Positions 1-9,542 of a stretch of DNA of 28,529 bases are shown piece by piece. The stretch covers positions 1 through 28,529 of the forward strand of contig JANMLN010000101.1 of assembly GCA_031372565.1 (NCBI GenBank), given 5' to 3'. The first letter of the stretch is position 1. Every line of letters starts with the position of its first letter. Both the position numbers and the translations under genes were made by a program. Under the pieces are notes generated by a model, which saw only the letters and a program-made list of their open reading frames with translations, had not been told where the DNA came from and did no database searches. Source of the DNA: Gemmatimonadota bacterium (GTDB lineage Bacteria; Gemmatimonadota; Gemmatimonadetes; Gemmatimonadales; Gemmatimonadaceae).

Positions 1-197
1 CGGGATTGCCACCCTTAGACCCCTGACACATCACCAAGGTTGCTTGCCCGTGTAAAGATACGCCCGCACCCCCGCCGCCGTTGGGGTCATCTCCCATCCG
101 GCGCCGCGGTGCATATTGGGCAGACGCCCCGCCACGCTGGCCGTTAAGCACGCGCCCCCGGCCCGACCTCGCTTCGTTTGCGCTGGAGCCATGACCC

Positions 198-1667
198 ATG
201 ACCGTCGTCATCTCACCGCTCGCGACTCTCAGCGACTCGACGCTGCTCCGGACGGACGCCCTGATCGGAGGCGACTGGGTCGGCGATACCGACCGGTTTG
301 CCGTGCACGACCCCGCCACGGGGCACAAGCTGGCCGATGTCGCCAACGGGGGCGCCGCCGAGGCGGACGCCGCGATCGCCACGGCGAATGCGGCGTGGGG
401 TGAGTGGCGCACCCTGACCGCGCGCGCCCGGCACGCGATCCTGATGCGCTGGCACGCGCTGATCCTCGAACATGCCAGCGACCTGGCGCGCATCCTGACC
501 GCCGAGCAGGGGAAGCCGCTGCCGGAAGCCAAGGGCGAAGTGCTCTACGGCGCGACCTTCGTGGAGTGGTTCGCCGAAGAGGGCAAGCGCGTGTACGGTG
601 CCACGATCCCCACGACCGATGCCACGAAGCGACTGCTGGTGCTGAAGCAGCCCGTCGGTGTGTGCGCCGCCATCACGCCGTGGAACTTTCCGGTGGCGAT
701 GATCACACGCAAGATCGCGCCGGCGCTGGCCGCCGGATGCACCGTGGTGGTGAAGCCCGCAGAACAGACACCGCTCTGCGCCCTGGCGCTGGGCGAACTC
801 GCGTTGCGTGCGGGACTCCCGCCAGGCGTGCTCAACATCGTCACGGGTGACGCCGCACGTTCGATGGAGATCGGCCACGCCCTCTGCGCCAGCGACGTGG
901 TGCGCCATCTGTCGTTCACCGGTTCAACCGAAGTCGGCCGGCTGCTGATGGCGCAGTGCGCCCCGACGATCAAGAAGCTCGCGCTCGAACTCGGGGGCAA
1001 CGCGCCCTTCCTCGTGTTCGACGACGCCGATCTCGATGCCGCCGTCGAGGGAGCGCTCCGCGCCAAGTACCGCAACGCAGGGCAAACCTGCGTCTGCCCC
1101 AACCGGCTCTACGTGCAAGCGGGGGTCCACGACGAGTTCGTCGAACGGCTCGTGGTCGCCGTGCGCGCGTTGACCGTGGGCAATGGCTTCGAGAAGGGGG
1201 TTGAGCAAGGCCCGCTCATCGATGCGGCGGCGCTGCACAAGGTCGACGCGATGGTCATGGATGCGGTGACCCTGGGTGCGCAGGTCGTCACCGGAGGCAA
1301 GCGCTTGGGCGAGCGGTTCTACGAGCCCACGGTGCTCACCGGCGCCACGCGCGAGATGCGCTGCGCGCGCGAGGAGCTCTTCGGCCCGGTGGCGCCGGTG
1401 TTCCGCTTCGAGACCGACGAAGAGGCCATCGCGATGGCCAATGCGACCGAGTACGGGCTCGCGAGCTACGTGTACGCGCGCGACGTCGGGCGTGTGCTGC
1501 GCGTCGCGGAAGCGCTCGAGTATGGCATCGTCGGCGTCAACACCGGCATCGTGTCGTACGCCGAAGCGCCATTCGGCGGCGTCAAGCAGAGCGGTCTCGG
1601 CCGCGAGGGCGGGCGCGAAGGCATCGAGGAGTACGTCGAGTCCAAGTACGTCTGCCTCGCGACCTGA
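198..1667 (+). CDS. gabD: NAD(P)-dependent succinate-semialdehyde dehydrogenase
   Basis: ALDH motifs ITPWNFP, SFTGSTEVG, LELGGNAPF, RNAGQTCVC (catalytic Cys), EELFGPV and APFGGVKQSGLGREG; 489 aa. Confidence 0.92.
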   Translation: MTVVISPLATLSDSTLLRTDALIGGDWVGDTDRFAVHDPATGHKLADVANGGAAEADAAIATANAAWGEWRTLTARARHAILMRWHALILEHASDLARILTAEQGKPLPEAKGEVLYGATFVEWFAEEGKRVYGATIPTTDATKRLLVLKQPVGVCAAITPWNFPVAMITRKIAPALAAGCTVVVKPAEQTPLCALALGELALRAGLPPGVLNIVTGDAARSMEIGHALCASDVVRHLSFTGSTEVGRLLMAQCAPTIKKLALELGGNAPFLVFDDADLDAAVEGALRAKYRNAGQTCVCPNRLYVQAGVHDEFVERLVVAVRALTVGNGFEKGVEQGPLIDAAALHKVDAMVMDAVTLGAQVVTGGKRLGERFYEPTVLTGATREMRCAREELFGPVAPVFRFETDEEAIAMANATEYGLASYVYARDVGRVLRVAEALEYGIVGVNTGIVSYAEAPFGGVKQSGLGREGGREGIEEYVESKYVCLAT

Positions 1668-1668
1668 C

Positions 1669-1902
1669 GTCGTCCTGAGCGAAGCGAAGGACCTGCTTCT
1701 GCAGTTCAGCGAACGACACAAGCAGGTCCTTCGACTCCGCGGCTTCGCCGCTCCGCTCAGGACGACGTCGTCCTGAGCGAAGCGAAGGACCTGCTTCTGC
1801 AGTTTCGCCAACGACGCAAGCAGGTCCTTCGACTTCGCGGCTTCGCCGCTCCGCTCAGGACGACTTGGCTACCCGCGGCTTCGCCGCTCCGCGCAGGACG
1901 AC
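1669..1902. repeat. REP-like palindrome cluster: two tandem 98-bp inverted-repeat units (1669-1766, 1767-1864) plus a partial arm; may also act as a terminator
   Basis: Arm GTCGTCCTGAGCGAAGCGAAGGACCTGCTT pairs with AAGCAGGTCCTTCG...CGCTCAGGACGAC; lies between the convergent stops of gabD and ggt. Confidence 0.9.
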
Positions 1903-3564
1903 CTAATACACCGCGGCGTGCCCGTCCTTCCGCGGATCCGACCCGGCCGCATACCCCTTGCCGAGCCGCACGATACTCTGCGCACCACCAAACTGGATCG
2001 GGCGCTCGTCGATGATCTCGTGCCCCATCGCCTTGAGCGCAGCGCGCACGTCGGCACCGATCGGCGCCTCGAGCGCCAACCGGAGCCCGCTCGTGTGACG
2101 GAACCGTGCCGCATCGATCGCGTCCTGCGCGTCCATCCCGAACAGCACCATGTTGAGCAGCAGCTGCACGTGCCCCTGCGCCTGCATGCCGCCGCCCATC
2201 ACGCCGAAGCTCATCCACGGCGCCTCGACTGCACCGTTCGCGCCCAGCTTGGTCACGAACGCCGGAATCAGCGTGTGGAAGGGCCGCTTGCCGGGCGCCA
2301 CCGTGTTGGGCAGCCCCTCGTCCATCGAGAAGGCGGCCCCGCGGTTGTGCAGCGCGAACCCCAATCCCGGCACGACCACGCCGCTGCCGAACTCGTCGAA
2401 GTTGGAATTGATGAAGCTCACCATGTTGCCCTCGGCATCGGCCGTGGTGAGGTAGATCGTCTCGCTCGCCGTGCGCAGCGGCCCCGGCTCGACGCGCTCC
2501 ATTGCCCTGTCGCGCGTCATGTGGCTGCGGCGCTCGGTGATGAACGCGTCGTCGAGCATCCGTGCGGCCGGCATCACGAGGTGATCGGGGTCGCCGACAT
2601 ACCGCGCCAGATCCGCGTACGCGAGCTTCTTGGCCTCCACCAGCGTATGCAGATACGCGGCGGAGTTGTGCCCCATCGCCTTCAGGTCATACGGCTCGAG
2701 GATGCGCAGCATCTCGAGCGCGGCGATCCCCTGATTGTTCGGGGGCAACTCCCACAAGCGGTAGCCCTTGTAGGTGGCCGAGATCGGGGTGACCCACATC
2801 GGCGCGTTCTTGGCGAGGTCTGCGGGGGTGAGGAAGCCGCCCAGCTGCTGCACGCGCTTCACGAGCTGCTGACCGATGGCGCCCGTGTAGAACGCCGCCG
2901 GGCCGTTCTTGGCGATTACGCGCAACGTGCGCGCGTAGTCGGGATTGGTGAACCAGTCGCCCGCTGCCGGTGCCTTGCCGTTGACCAGGAAGGTGGCACG
3001 CGCGCCCTCGTCCTTCGACAACAGCGCCACGTGTGTGCCCCACTGGGCCGCGATGATCGGCGACACCGGGAAGCCGCGCTCAGCCAGGCCGATCGCAGGT
3101 TGCAGCACGGCAGACAGCGAGCGCGTGCCGTGCGCCTTGAGCAGCGCCTGCCACCCGGCAAGTGCACCGGGCACGGTGACCGTCTCGATCCCCTCCTGCG
3201 GCATGCGCGTGCGCCCGCGCTTGAGCAGCTCGGCGCGCGTCATCAGCGCGCCCGCACGGCCGCTGGCGTTGAGCGCGACCAGCTTCTGCTCCTTGGCCAG
3301 CCAGACCAGGGCGAACATGTCGCCACCGATGCCGGTCATGTGCGGCTCAACGACGCTGAGCACCGCGGCGGCGGCCACCGCCGCGTCGATCGCGTTGCCG
3401 CCCTGCTGCAGCACCTGCAGTCCCGCCGTGGAGGCGAGCGGTTGCGACGTGGCGACCACGCCGTGCGGCGCGTACACTGTGGAGCGGCCCGCCATCGAGG
3501 GCGCGCGCTGGGCGGCGAGCGTGAGCGGCGCGAGGGCGAGGGCGAGAGCGGCGGTCTGGCGCAT
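1903..3564 (-). CDS. ggt: Gamma-glutamyltransferase family protein with signal peptide
   Basis: GGNAIDAAVA, EPHMTGIGGD, TVPG, LPPNNQG, nucleophile Thr in SETIYLTTADAEGN, KRPFHT, GVMGG and GSDPRKDG. Start moved to the ATG at 3564 (MRQTAALALALAP) because the upstream extension is translated repeat DNA. Confidence 0.9.
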   Translation of the reverse strand: MRQTAALALALAPLTLAAQRAPSMAGRSTVYAPHGVVATSQPLASTAGLQVLQQGGNAIDAAVAAAAVLSVVEPHMTGIGGDMFALVWLAKEQKLVALNASGRAGALMTRAELLKRGRTRMPQEGIETVTVPGALAGWQALLKAHGTRSLSAVLQPAIGLAERGFPVSPIIAAQWGTHVALLSKDEGARATFLVNGKAPAAGDWFTNPDYARTLRVIAKNGPAAFYTGAIGQQLVKRVQQLGGFLTPADLAKNAPMWVTPISATYKGYRLWELPPNNQGIAALEMLRILEPYDLKAMGHNSAAYLHTLVEAKKLAYADLARYVGDPDHLVMPAARMLDDAFITERRSHMTRDRAMERVEPGPLRTASETIYLTTADAEGNMVSFINSNFDEFGSGVVVPGLGFALHNRGAAFSMDEGLPNTVAPGKRPFHTLIPAFVTKLGANGAVEAPWMSFGVMGGGMQAQGHVQLLLNMVLFGMDAQDAIDAARFRHTSGLRLALEAPIGADVRAALKAMGHEIIDERPIQFGGAQSIVRLGKGYAAGSDPRKDGHAAVY

Positions 3565-3591
3565 GGGCAGGGGAAAGGGACCCCCCAATAG

Positions 3592-3669
3592 GTCGGCCTG
3601 AGCGCAGCGAAGGACCTGCTGGTCCCGCGCCGCCCCCACACGCAGGTCCTTCGCTTCGCTCAGGACGAC
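3592..3669. repeat. REP-like inverted-repeat doublet
   Basis: GTCGGCCTGAGCGCAGCGAAGGACCTGC...GCAGGTCCTTCGCTTCGCTCAGGACGAC between the divergent ggt and SDR genes. Confidence 0.88.
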
Positions 3670-3732
3670 ATTCGCTCACGCCGACGGGTAGGTACCTTCC
3701 ACAGTCTCCCCTCTCTCCGCGAGCACGATCTC

Positions 3733-4428
3733 ATGCCCTCCACGCGCCCCACCGCGCTCATCACTGGCGCCTCGCGCGGCATCGGCCGCGCCATCGCCGA
3801 GCGCCTCGCACCGTCGCATGACCTCGTGCTCGTCGCGCGCGGCGCGTCGCACCTCGCGACGGTCGCCGCCGCCTGCACCGCCCACGGCGCCACCGTCCGG
3901 ACGATCCCGCTCGACGTGGCCGACCCGGCGGCCGTGGAACGCGCGCTCACGGGCCTCTCCGCCGACGTGCTCATCAACAACGCTGGCGTCGCCGTGATGA
4001 AGCCGATGCTCGACATGTCCCCCGAGGAGTGGCATCGCCAGGTCGACGTGAACGTCAACGCGCTCTTTCATGTCACGCGTGCCCTGCTTCCGGGCATGGT
4101 GGCGCGGCAGCGCGGACACGTCTGCATCGTCGGCAGCATTGCCGGACGCAACACCTTCGTGGGCGGCTCGTGCTACGCCGGGACCAAGCACTTCGTGATG
4201 GGGTTTGCCGAAAGCCTGATGCTCGAGGTGCGCGATGCAGGGGTCGGTGTGAGTGTCGTCATGCCCGGCTCGGTCGACACCGACCTGTTCCCCCCGGGCA
4301 CCAACCGCACGTGGATGCTCGAGCCGCAGGACGTCGCGGCCACCGTTGCCTTCGCCGTCACGCAGCCGGCGCACGTGCTGCTGCATCGGCTTGAAGTGCG
4401 CCCGCTCAGTCCGAAGCGTCCACGCTGA
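3733..4428 (+). CDS. Short-chain dehydrogenase/reductase (SDR) family oxidoreductase
   Basis: TGASRGIG, NNAG, catalytic YAGTK and PGSVDT. Confidence 0.92.
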   Translation: MPSTRPTALITGASRGIGRAIAERLAPSHDLVLVARGASHLATVAAACTAHGATVRTIPLDVADPAAVERALTGLSADVLINNAGVAVMKPMLDMSPEEWHRQVDVNVNALFHVTRALLPGMVARQRGHVCIVGSIAGRNTFVGGSCYAGTKHFVMGFAESLMLEVRDAGVGVSVVMPGSVDTDLFPPGTNRTWMLEPQDVAATVAFAVTQPAHVLLHRLEVRPLSPKRPR

Positions 4429-4435
4429 CGCCCGC

Positions 4436-5497
4436 GTGAAATCGACCACCGCGACACCCGTCGCGCACCTGCTCCCGGGCATCGCGCTCGCGGTCGCCGT
4501 GGCGCTGGCCGCCGTCGGCGTCGCTGCGCTCGAAGTCCGGCAGTTCGGCCACCCGGTGGTCGAGGCACTGGTGCTCGCGATCCTGCTCGGCATGGTGCTA
4601 CGCACGATGTGGACGCCGAGCGAACGGGTGGACGCGGGGATCCGCTTCACGGCCAGTCGCGTCCTCGAGGTGGCCGTCGTGCTGCTCGGTGCCTCGGTCA
4701 ACCTCGCACTGCTCATCCAGGCCGGGCCGGCACTCGCCACCGGCATCGTCCTGCTGGTCCTCATCGGCCTGAGCGCGAGCTATGGCGTGGGGCGCGCGAT
4801 GGGTCTGACGCACACGCGCGCCGTGCTGGTGGCTGCCGGCAACGCCATCTGCGGCAACTCGGCCATCGCCGCCCTCGCGCCGGTGATCGGCGCCGACCGG
4901 GAAGACGTGGCCTCGTCGATCGCCTTCACCGCGGTGCTGGGAGTGCTCGTCGTGCTCACGCTCCCGCTGCTGATCGCGCCGCTCGCCTTGAGCGACTACC
5001 AGTACGGCGTGCTCGCAGGTCTCACGGTCTACGCGGTGCCGCAGGTGCTCGCCGCCACGGTGCCGGTGAGCTTGGTCAGCGGACAGATCGGCACGCTGGT
5101 CAAGCTGGTGCGCGTGCTGATGCTCGGCCCGGTCGTGCTCGGCTTCGCGATGGCGCGTGGTGCGCGCACGACGACCGCGAGCGCAACGGCAGGCGACAGG
5201 GGGAAGCAGCCGGGGGCGGCGTCAGGCCAACTCGCGCGCTTCATTCCGTGGTTCATCATGGGCTTTCTTGCGCTCGCCGCGCTGCGCTCTGGTGGTCTCT
5301 TTCCCGATGCGTGGGTGGCGCCGACGCGCTCGGTCAGTGGCGCGCTCACCGTGGCCGCCATGGCGGCGCTGGGGCTCGGCACCGATCTGCGCGCGGTCGC
5401 ACGTGCCGGGCGTCCGGTGGCCATCACGGTCACGCTGTCGCTCCTGCTGCTGGTCGTGCTGAGCGTTGCGCTCATCCGGTTGCTCGGCATCGCCTGA
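4436..5497 (+). CDS. YeiH/PSE family (putative sulfate exporter) membrane protein
   Basis: About 10 hydrophobic segments; GNAICGNSAIAALAPVI, YGVLAGLTVYAVPQV, VKLVRV, IPWFI and AMAALGL. GTG start at 4436 inferred just after the SDR stop. Confidence 0.88.
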   Translation: MKSTTATPVAHLLPGIALAVAVALAAVGVAALEVRQFGHPVVEALVLAILLGMVLRTMWTPSERVDAGIRFTASRVLEVAVVLLGASVNLALLIQAGPALATGIVLLVLIGLSASYGVGRAMGLTHTRAVLVAAGNAICGNSAIAALAPVIGADREDVASSIAFTAVLGVLVVLTLPLLIAPLALSDYQYGVLAGLTVYAVPQVLAATVPVSLVSGQIGTLVKLVRVLMLGPVVLGFAMARGARTTTASATAGDRGKQPGAASGQLARFIPWFIMGFLALAALRSGGLFPDAWVAPTRSVSGALTVAAMAALGLGTDLRAVARAGRPVAITVTLSLLLLVVLSVALIRLLGIA

Positions 5498-5600
5498 GGT
5501 CGGAGCGGCCGCTGAACCCCCACCGTGATGTGGGGTATGTGGCATCCCGGCCCCGTATGCGCCATACTCAGGGACCCTCACACACCGAGACGACTTCCAG

Positions 5601-6302
5601 ATGACGCGATACCCGATTGCCCTGCTCGCCCTTGCGGCGCTCTGCCTCGCTCCGCGCACAAGCGTCGCCCAAGAGGCGGAGACGTCCCGCGCAGTCGCGG
5701 GCGGCGGCATCCTGGTGCCCGGATGGATGGGCACGGTGGATGCCAAGGAGGCCGCGGCGGGCCTCGTGATCAACAATGCCAAGCTCGCCAAGGAAGGAGA
5801 GAACCTCCGGGTCACCACCGGCCCTGCGAGCGTGTACTGGAATCCGATCAACACCGCCAGGGGCGATTACACGGTGGCCGCCACCTTCACCGAGCCGGCC
5901 TACATGTCGCTCAACAGCCACCCGCATCCGTACGGCGTGGTGATCGGCGGCAATGACATGGGCACGGACAAGCAGAGCTACCTGTACTGTGCCGCGTACG
6001 GCAATGGCACCTTCATCGTGCGCGGCTTCGGCCCTGCGCCGTTCCAGCTGAACGGGCCGCGCGGTGCGGCGGATGCGGCGGTGAACAAGGCGGAAGCGGT
6101 GGGCAAGCCGGTCACGCAGATCGTCGCGCTGTCGGTCAAGGGCGACAAGGTCGAGTGCGCGATCAACGGCAAGGTGGTCGCGAGCTATGCCAAGGCGGAC
6201 CTGGTTGGCCCGGGCAAGCTGACGAGCACGAATGGCGTGTACGGCATCCGGTTCGCGCACAACACGGATGCGATCGTGAGCGGGCTCCGGATGTCGCGGT
6301 AG
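5601..6302 (+). CDS. Secreted hypothetical protein, beta-rich (possible concanavalin/DUF1080-like fold)
   Basis: Sec signal MTRYPIALLALAALCLAPRTSVA-Q; GDYTVAATF, INGKVV and GVYGIR strands; strong GC3 codon bias. The fold is a guess. Confidence 0.7.
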   Translation: MTRYPIALLALAALCLAPRTSVAQEAETSRAVAGGGILVPGWMGTVDAKEAAAGLVINNAKLAKEGENLRVTTGPASVYWNPINTARGDYTVAATFTEPAYMSLNSHPHPYGVVIGGNDMGTDKQSYLYCAAYGNGTFIVRGFGPAPFQLNGPRGAADAAVNKAEAVGKPVTQIVALSVKGDKVECAINGKVVASYAKADLVGPGKLTSTNGVYGIRFAHNTDAIVSGLRMSR

Positions 6303-6303
6303 C

Positions 6304-6429
6304 GTCGTCCTGAGCGCAGCGAAGGACCTGCTTGTCGTCAGGCAAACTGCACAAGCAGGTCTTTCGCTGCGCTCAAGACGACGTGCTAACAAACTGCACA
6401 AGCAGGTCTTTCGCTTCGCTCAAGACGAC
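6304..6429. repeat. REP-like cluster: one forward arm and two inverted arms
   Basis: GTCGTCCTGAGCGCAGCGAAGGACCTGCTTGT followed by two copies of CAAACTGCACAAGCAGGTCTTTCGCT(G/T)CGCTCAAGACGAC; lies between convergent genes. Confidence 0.88.
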
Positions 6430-6433
6430 GTGC

Positions 6434-6757
6434 TCACACGCGGCACGTCACTTCAATCACCAACCGACGCCAGCTCGCCACGTCGTCCCCGTCGCGCTTC
6501 TTCACCGTCGCGCCACATCGGCCACCGTCGAGCATCCACGGCGCCAGCCACGCGGCGATCTGCAACGGCAGGTGTCCGATCACGTCGCCACCACGCGCGT
6601 ACACCCACACGGCGGGGATCTGCGCTTCCGGCGGGTCCGGCACGAGGATCAGCTGATCTCCGGCCTCGAGGCGATGCACCACGTCCGTTCGCGTGCCGAA
6701 GATCGTGCCAAGGACGGCGGTATCGAAGTGCGGATAGGGCGGCGAAGAAATCGGCAT
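6434..6757 (-). CDS. Stand-alone HIRAN domain protein
   Basis: Pattern VLGT..R...L..GDQLILVPDP....AVWV....IGHLP...A..LA..LD.G matches HIRAN, although the usual NxxD loop is altered. ATG at 6757 is the preferred start. Confidence 0.72.
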   Translation of the reverse strand: MPISSPPYPHFDTAVLGTIFGTRTDVVHRLEAGDQLILVPDPPEAQIPAVWVYARGGDVIGHLPLQIAAWLAPWMLDGGRCGATVKKRDGDDVASWRRLVIEVTCRV

Positions 6758-6811
6758 GGGCGGTAAACAGAAGGTGGCCCGCCACCGCACCGATGTCGAG
6801 GGGCCGTCGCG

Positions 6812-7444
6812 CTACCGCACCCGCCGACTCGTCCACGCGGTGCCCCGCTCCGCCCAGCGCAGCGGCCAATCGAGCGCCGGATTCCGGCTGTTGATGCCGA
6901 TGCGCGGCGTCACCACCACGCGCGCATCTGCCACGGGCACCCCCGCACGAATCACGATGCGTCCGCGCGTGAGCGACGCGCCATCCAGCGCGCCATCCAG
7001 CCCGAGCGCCTGACTCAATCGCGACGGACCGCTCGCGAGCAGCACATCGCGCGTCGCCACGGGTCCGCGCCGCGCGTACATCGCCTCATGTCCCGTCAGC
7101 GGCTCGAGCGCGCGAATGAGCACGGCACTCCCCCACCCTTCGCGCTCCGTGACCGCGCAGGTGCACCAGTGCATGCCGTACGTGAAGTACACGTACGCGA
7201 TGCCGGGACGGCCGAACAGGTGCCAGGTTCGCCTGGTTCGCCCGACCACCGCATGGCACGCCGGATCGGTCTCGCCCAGATAGGCCTCGGTCTCGACAAT
7301 GCGCCCAGCCGTCGTCACGCCACCCACCGTCGAGACCATCACCGCGCCGAGCAGTTCGCGCGAGACGAGCTCCGTCGCACGCGCATAGAAGCTCGTCGGG
7401 AGGATGCGCCCCCATCGCGCCAGATCGCTCACGGGCGACGCCAT
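6812..7444 (-). CDS. mpg: DNA-3-methyladenine glycosylase (AAG/MPG family)
   Basis: GRIVETEAYLG, DPACHA, AYVYFTYGMHWC, AVLIRALEP, SGPSRL and TPRIGI. Confidence 0.93.
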   Translation of the reverse strand: MASPVSDLARWGRILPTSFYARATELVSRELLGAVMVSTVGGVTTAGRIVETEAYLGETDPACHAVVGRTRRTWHLFGRPGIAYVYFTYGMHWCTCAVTEREGWGSAVLIRALEPLTGHEAMYARRGPVATRDVLLASGPSRLSQALGLDGALDGASLTRGRIVIRAGVPVADARVVVTPRIGINSRNPALDWPLRWAERGTAWTSRRVR

Positions 7445-7571
7445 CCCGGCAACGCGTGCGCGCACCGTCGCATCACGCGCGCGTCCTCACGCACGCGCTC
7501 CGTCAAACGCGAACGCCGCGCCCCTGGTCGGGACGCGGCGTTGCGGCACACACGGGCCGACCGTGCGCGCA

Positions 7572-9293
7572 CTACGCAGCCGACGCCTTCTTCTTGGCCG
7601 TCTTCTTGGCGGCCTTGGGAGCCTTGGGGGCCCCAGCGTCTGCGACCGCCTTCTTCTTGGCTGGCGCCTTCTTGGCCGCTGCCTTCTTCTTGGCCGCGGG
7701 CGCGTCGCCCTCGACCACGATCTCCGCGGCGGGCGTCTCGACCATTGCCGACGACGCCGGCGTCACGATCGGCGCGCGATCGTCCTCGATGACACCCACC
7801 GAGAAGAGATCGGCCGGCGGCGCGCCGCGACTCGGACCACGCACACCACGTCCCGGTGCACTGCGCGCCGTCATGCCACGCGGTGCCGGTAGGGTCGCGA
7901 TCGGCGCGGGGGCGTTGACGACGGCGGCCGCACTCAACTGATCGGCCACCGGCGCGGCTTCCACCATCGCCACCTCGAAATCGTCGCCACGGCGGCGCAG
8001 GTCGATGACCTCCGCGTCGTGCGAGTCCCGCAGGATGCGCGGGAAGTTGCGCTCCGAGAGCGACTCCGAGTCCCGACCCAGCAACTCGTACGCCTTCTCG
8101 CGCACCGCATTGGCGCGCGCGGGGGTGTCGCCGGTGACCAGCGCAGCGACCGAACGACGCACGAGATCGAACGCCTCGTCACGCGTGAGCCGCTCGCCAC
8201 TCATCCCGATATGCGCGCCCGGCGTCTGCAGCGCCACGAAGGCACGTCCCGGCTCCGGCACGACCGCCACCGGCTGCGCACCATCCGCCACCTGCTCCGA
8301 GGTCGGCGCCGCCACCTCGGCCGCGACCGGTGCCCCCTCGCGATCGCCACGATCGCGCCCACGCCCACGCCCGCCACGACGACCGCGACGACCGCGACGC
8401 TCCTCGCCCTCGGCGGCCGTCTCCGTGCGCGCGGGCGCCTCGGCTGCGGCACGCGGCGCACCACCCGCAGGCGGCGCGACCTCGAGCTGACCGTTCTCGA
8501 GCTTGTTGGCGACGATGAGTCCCTTGCTCGCCGCTTCCTGGCAGAAGCGCGAGAACTTGCTGTAGCCGAGGTTCTTCTCGTCGAAGCTCGGGTCGAGCTC
8601 CTGCATGACCTGCTTGAGGCGATCCGAGCGCATGACGTCGCCGTTGCGCTGCATCCGCTCGATGGCCTCGGCCACCAGCTCCCACGGATCGCGGCTCTTG
8701 CCGTCTTCGTCGCTCGACTTGGAGAGGCCGGCGAGCGAGTTGTAGCTGTAGTACTCGTCGCAGTTCTGCACGAGCAGGTCGCTCGCGCTTTCGCGAATGC
8801 CGACGCCGATGACGTACTTGCCGTACTCCTTGAGCTTCATCACGAGGCTCGAGAAGTCGGAGTCGCCGGAGAGGAGGATGAAGGTCCCGATCTCGGGGCG
8901 CGTGAAGACGAGCTCCATCGCGTCGATGGCGAGGCGGATGTCGGTCGCGTTCTTCTTCGACGAGCCGTAGGCCGGGGCCATGATCATGTCGATCGACGAC
9001 TCGGCCAGCGACACCACGTACTGCGGGTAGCGGCGCCAGTCGGCGTAGGCGCGCTGCACGGCCACCTTGCCCTTGATGATCTCGGACGAGAGGAGGTTGC
9101 GCAGCTCCTTGCCGAGGTCCTTCTGGATCCCGAGCGTGACGTTGTCGAAGTCGATCAGGAGCGCGGCGTTCGGCGCGTGGACGTAAGCGCCGGAGACGAC
9201 AGACGCTGCGAGCGGGGCGGCCTGCGGGCCGCGGTGGAGCGGCTGCGCGATCGAGCGCGCGTGGCCGTTCCGGGGGGTGTGACGATTGTGCAT
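7572..9293 (-). CDS. NYN-domain (PIN-fold, LabA-like) ribonuclease with OST-HTH/LOTUS domain and low-complexity tails
   Basis: LLIDFDN, RAYADW, KNATDIRLAIDA, LSGDSDFS and CDEY; LOTUS signature LKQVMQELDPSFDEKNLGYSKFSRF; ATG at 9293 preceded by GAAGGA. Confidence 0.9.
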   Translation of the reverse strand: MHNRHTPRNGHARSIAQPLHRGPQAAPLAASVVSGAYVHAPNAALLIDFDNVTLGIQKDLGKELRNLLSSEIIKGKVAVQRAYADWRRYPQYVVSLAESSIDMIMAPAYGSSKKNATDIRLAIDAMELVFTRPEIGTFILLSGDSDFSSLVMKLKEYGKYVIGVGIRESASDLLVQNCDEYYSYNSLAGLSKSSDEDGKSRDPWELVAEAIERMQRNGDVMRSDRLKQVMQELDPSFDEKNLGYSKFSRFCQEAASKGLIVANKLENGQLEVAPPAGGAPRAAAEAPARTETAAEGEERRGRRGRRGGRGRGRDRGDREGAPVAAEVAAPTSEQVADGAQPVAVVPEPGRAFVALQTPGAHIGMSGERLTRDEAFDLVRRSVAALVTGDTPARANAVREKAYELLGRDSESLSERNFPRILRDSHDAEVIDLRRRGDDFEVAMVEAAPVADQLSAAAVVNAPAPIATLPAPRGMTARSAPGRGVRGPSRGAPPADLFSVGVIEDDRAPIVTPASSAMVETPAAEIVVEGDAPAAKKKAAAKKAPAKKKAVADAGAPKAPKAAKKTAKKKASAA

Positions 9294-9404
9294 GAATCCT
9301 TCAGAGCGGTAGAACCCCGGGGAACACGCCGGGCGCGTGGTGGGGGGCCCCGTCTTCGACGACTCCAGGCGGTGTGGACCGGGGCCTCCGCCGCATACGC
9401 GCGC

Positions 9405-9529
9405 GGGGGTCCTTCCGATCACATCGACAGCTGGCGTCGCCTAAGGCGCTGGGCAGCCGGCCCGCAAACCGACCCCATGGCCGGATTGCCGACAGGAGAC
9501 GCCACAGCAAACCAATCGGCGCGACCCCC
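9405..9529 (-). ncRNA. Candidate structured RNA (about 125-nt rod) in the long 5' leader of the NYN gene
   Basis: Nested complementary blocks on the minus strand: GGGGGTC/GACCCCC, CCGAT/ATCGG, TGGCGTC/GACGCCA, GGCA/TGCC and CCGGCC/GGCCGG. No family recognised. Confidence 0.45.
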
Positions 9530-9542
9530 TGTCTGGACGTAT

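Noticed and set aside
9405..9529. SRP RNA (ffs) or tRNA
   Set aside because: The size and the GGGGG/CCCCC closing stem are suggestive, but neither strand has the SRP helix-8 core or a cloverleaf.
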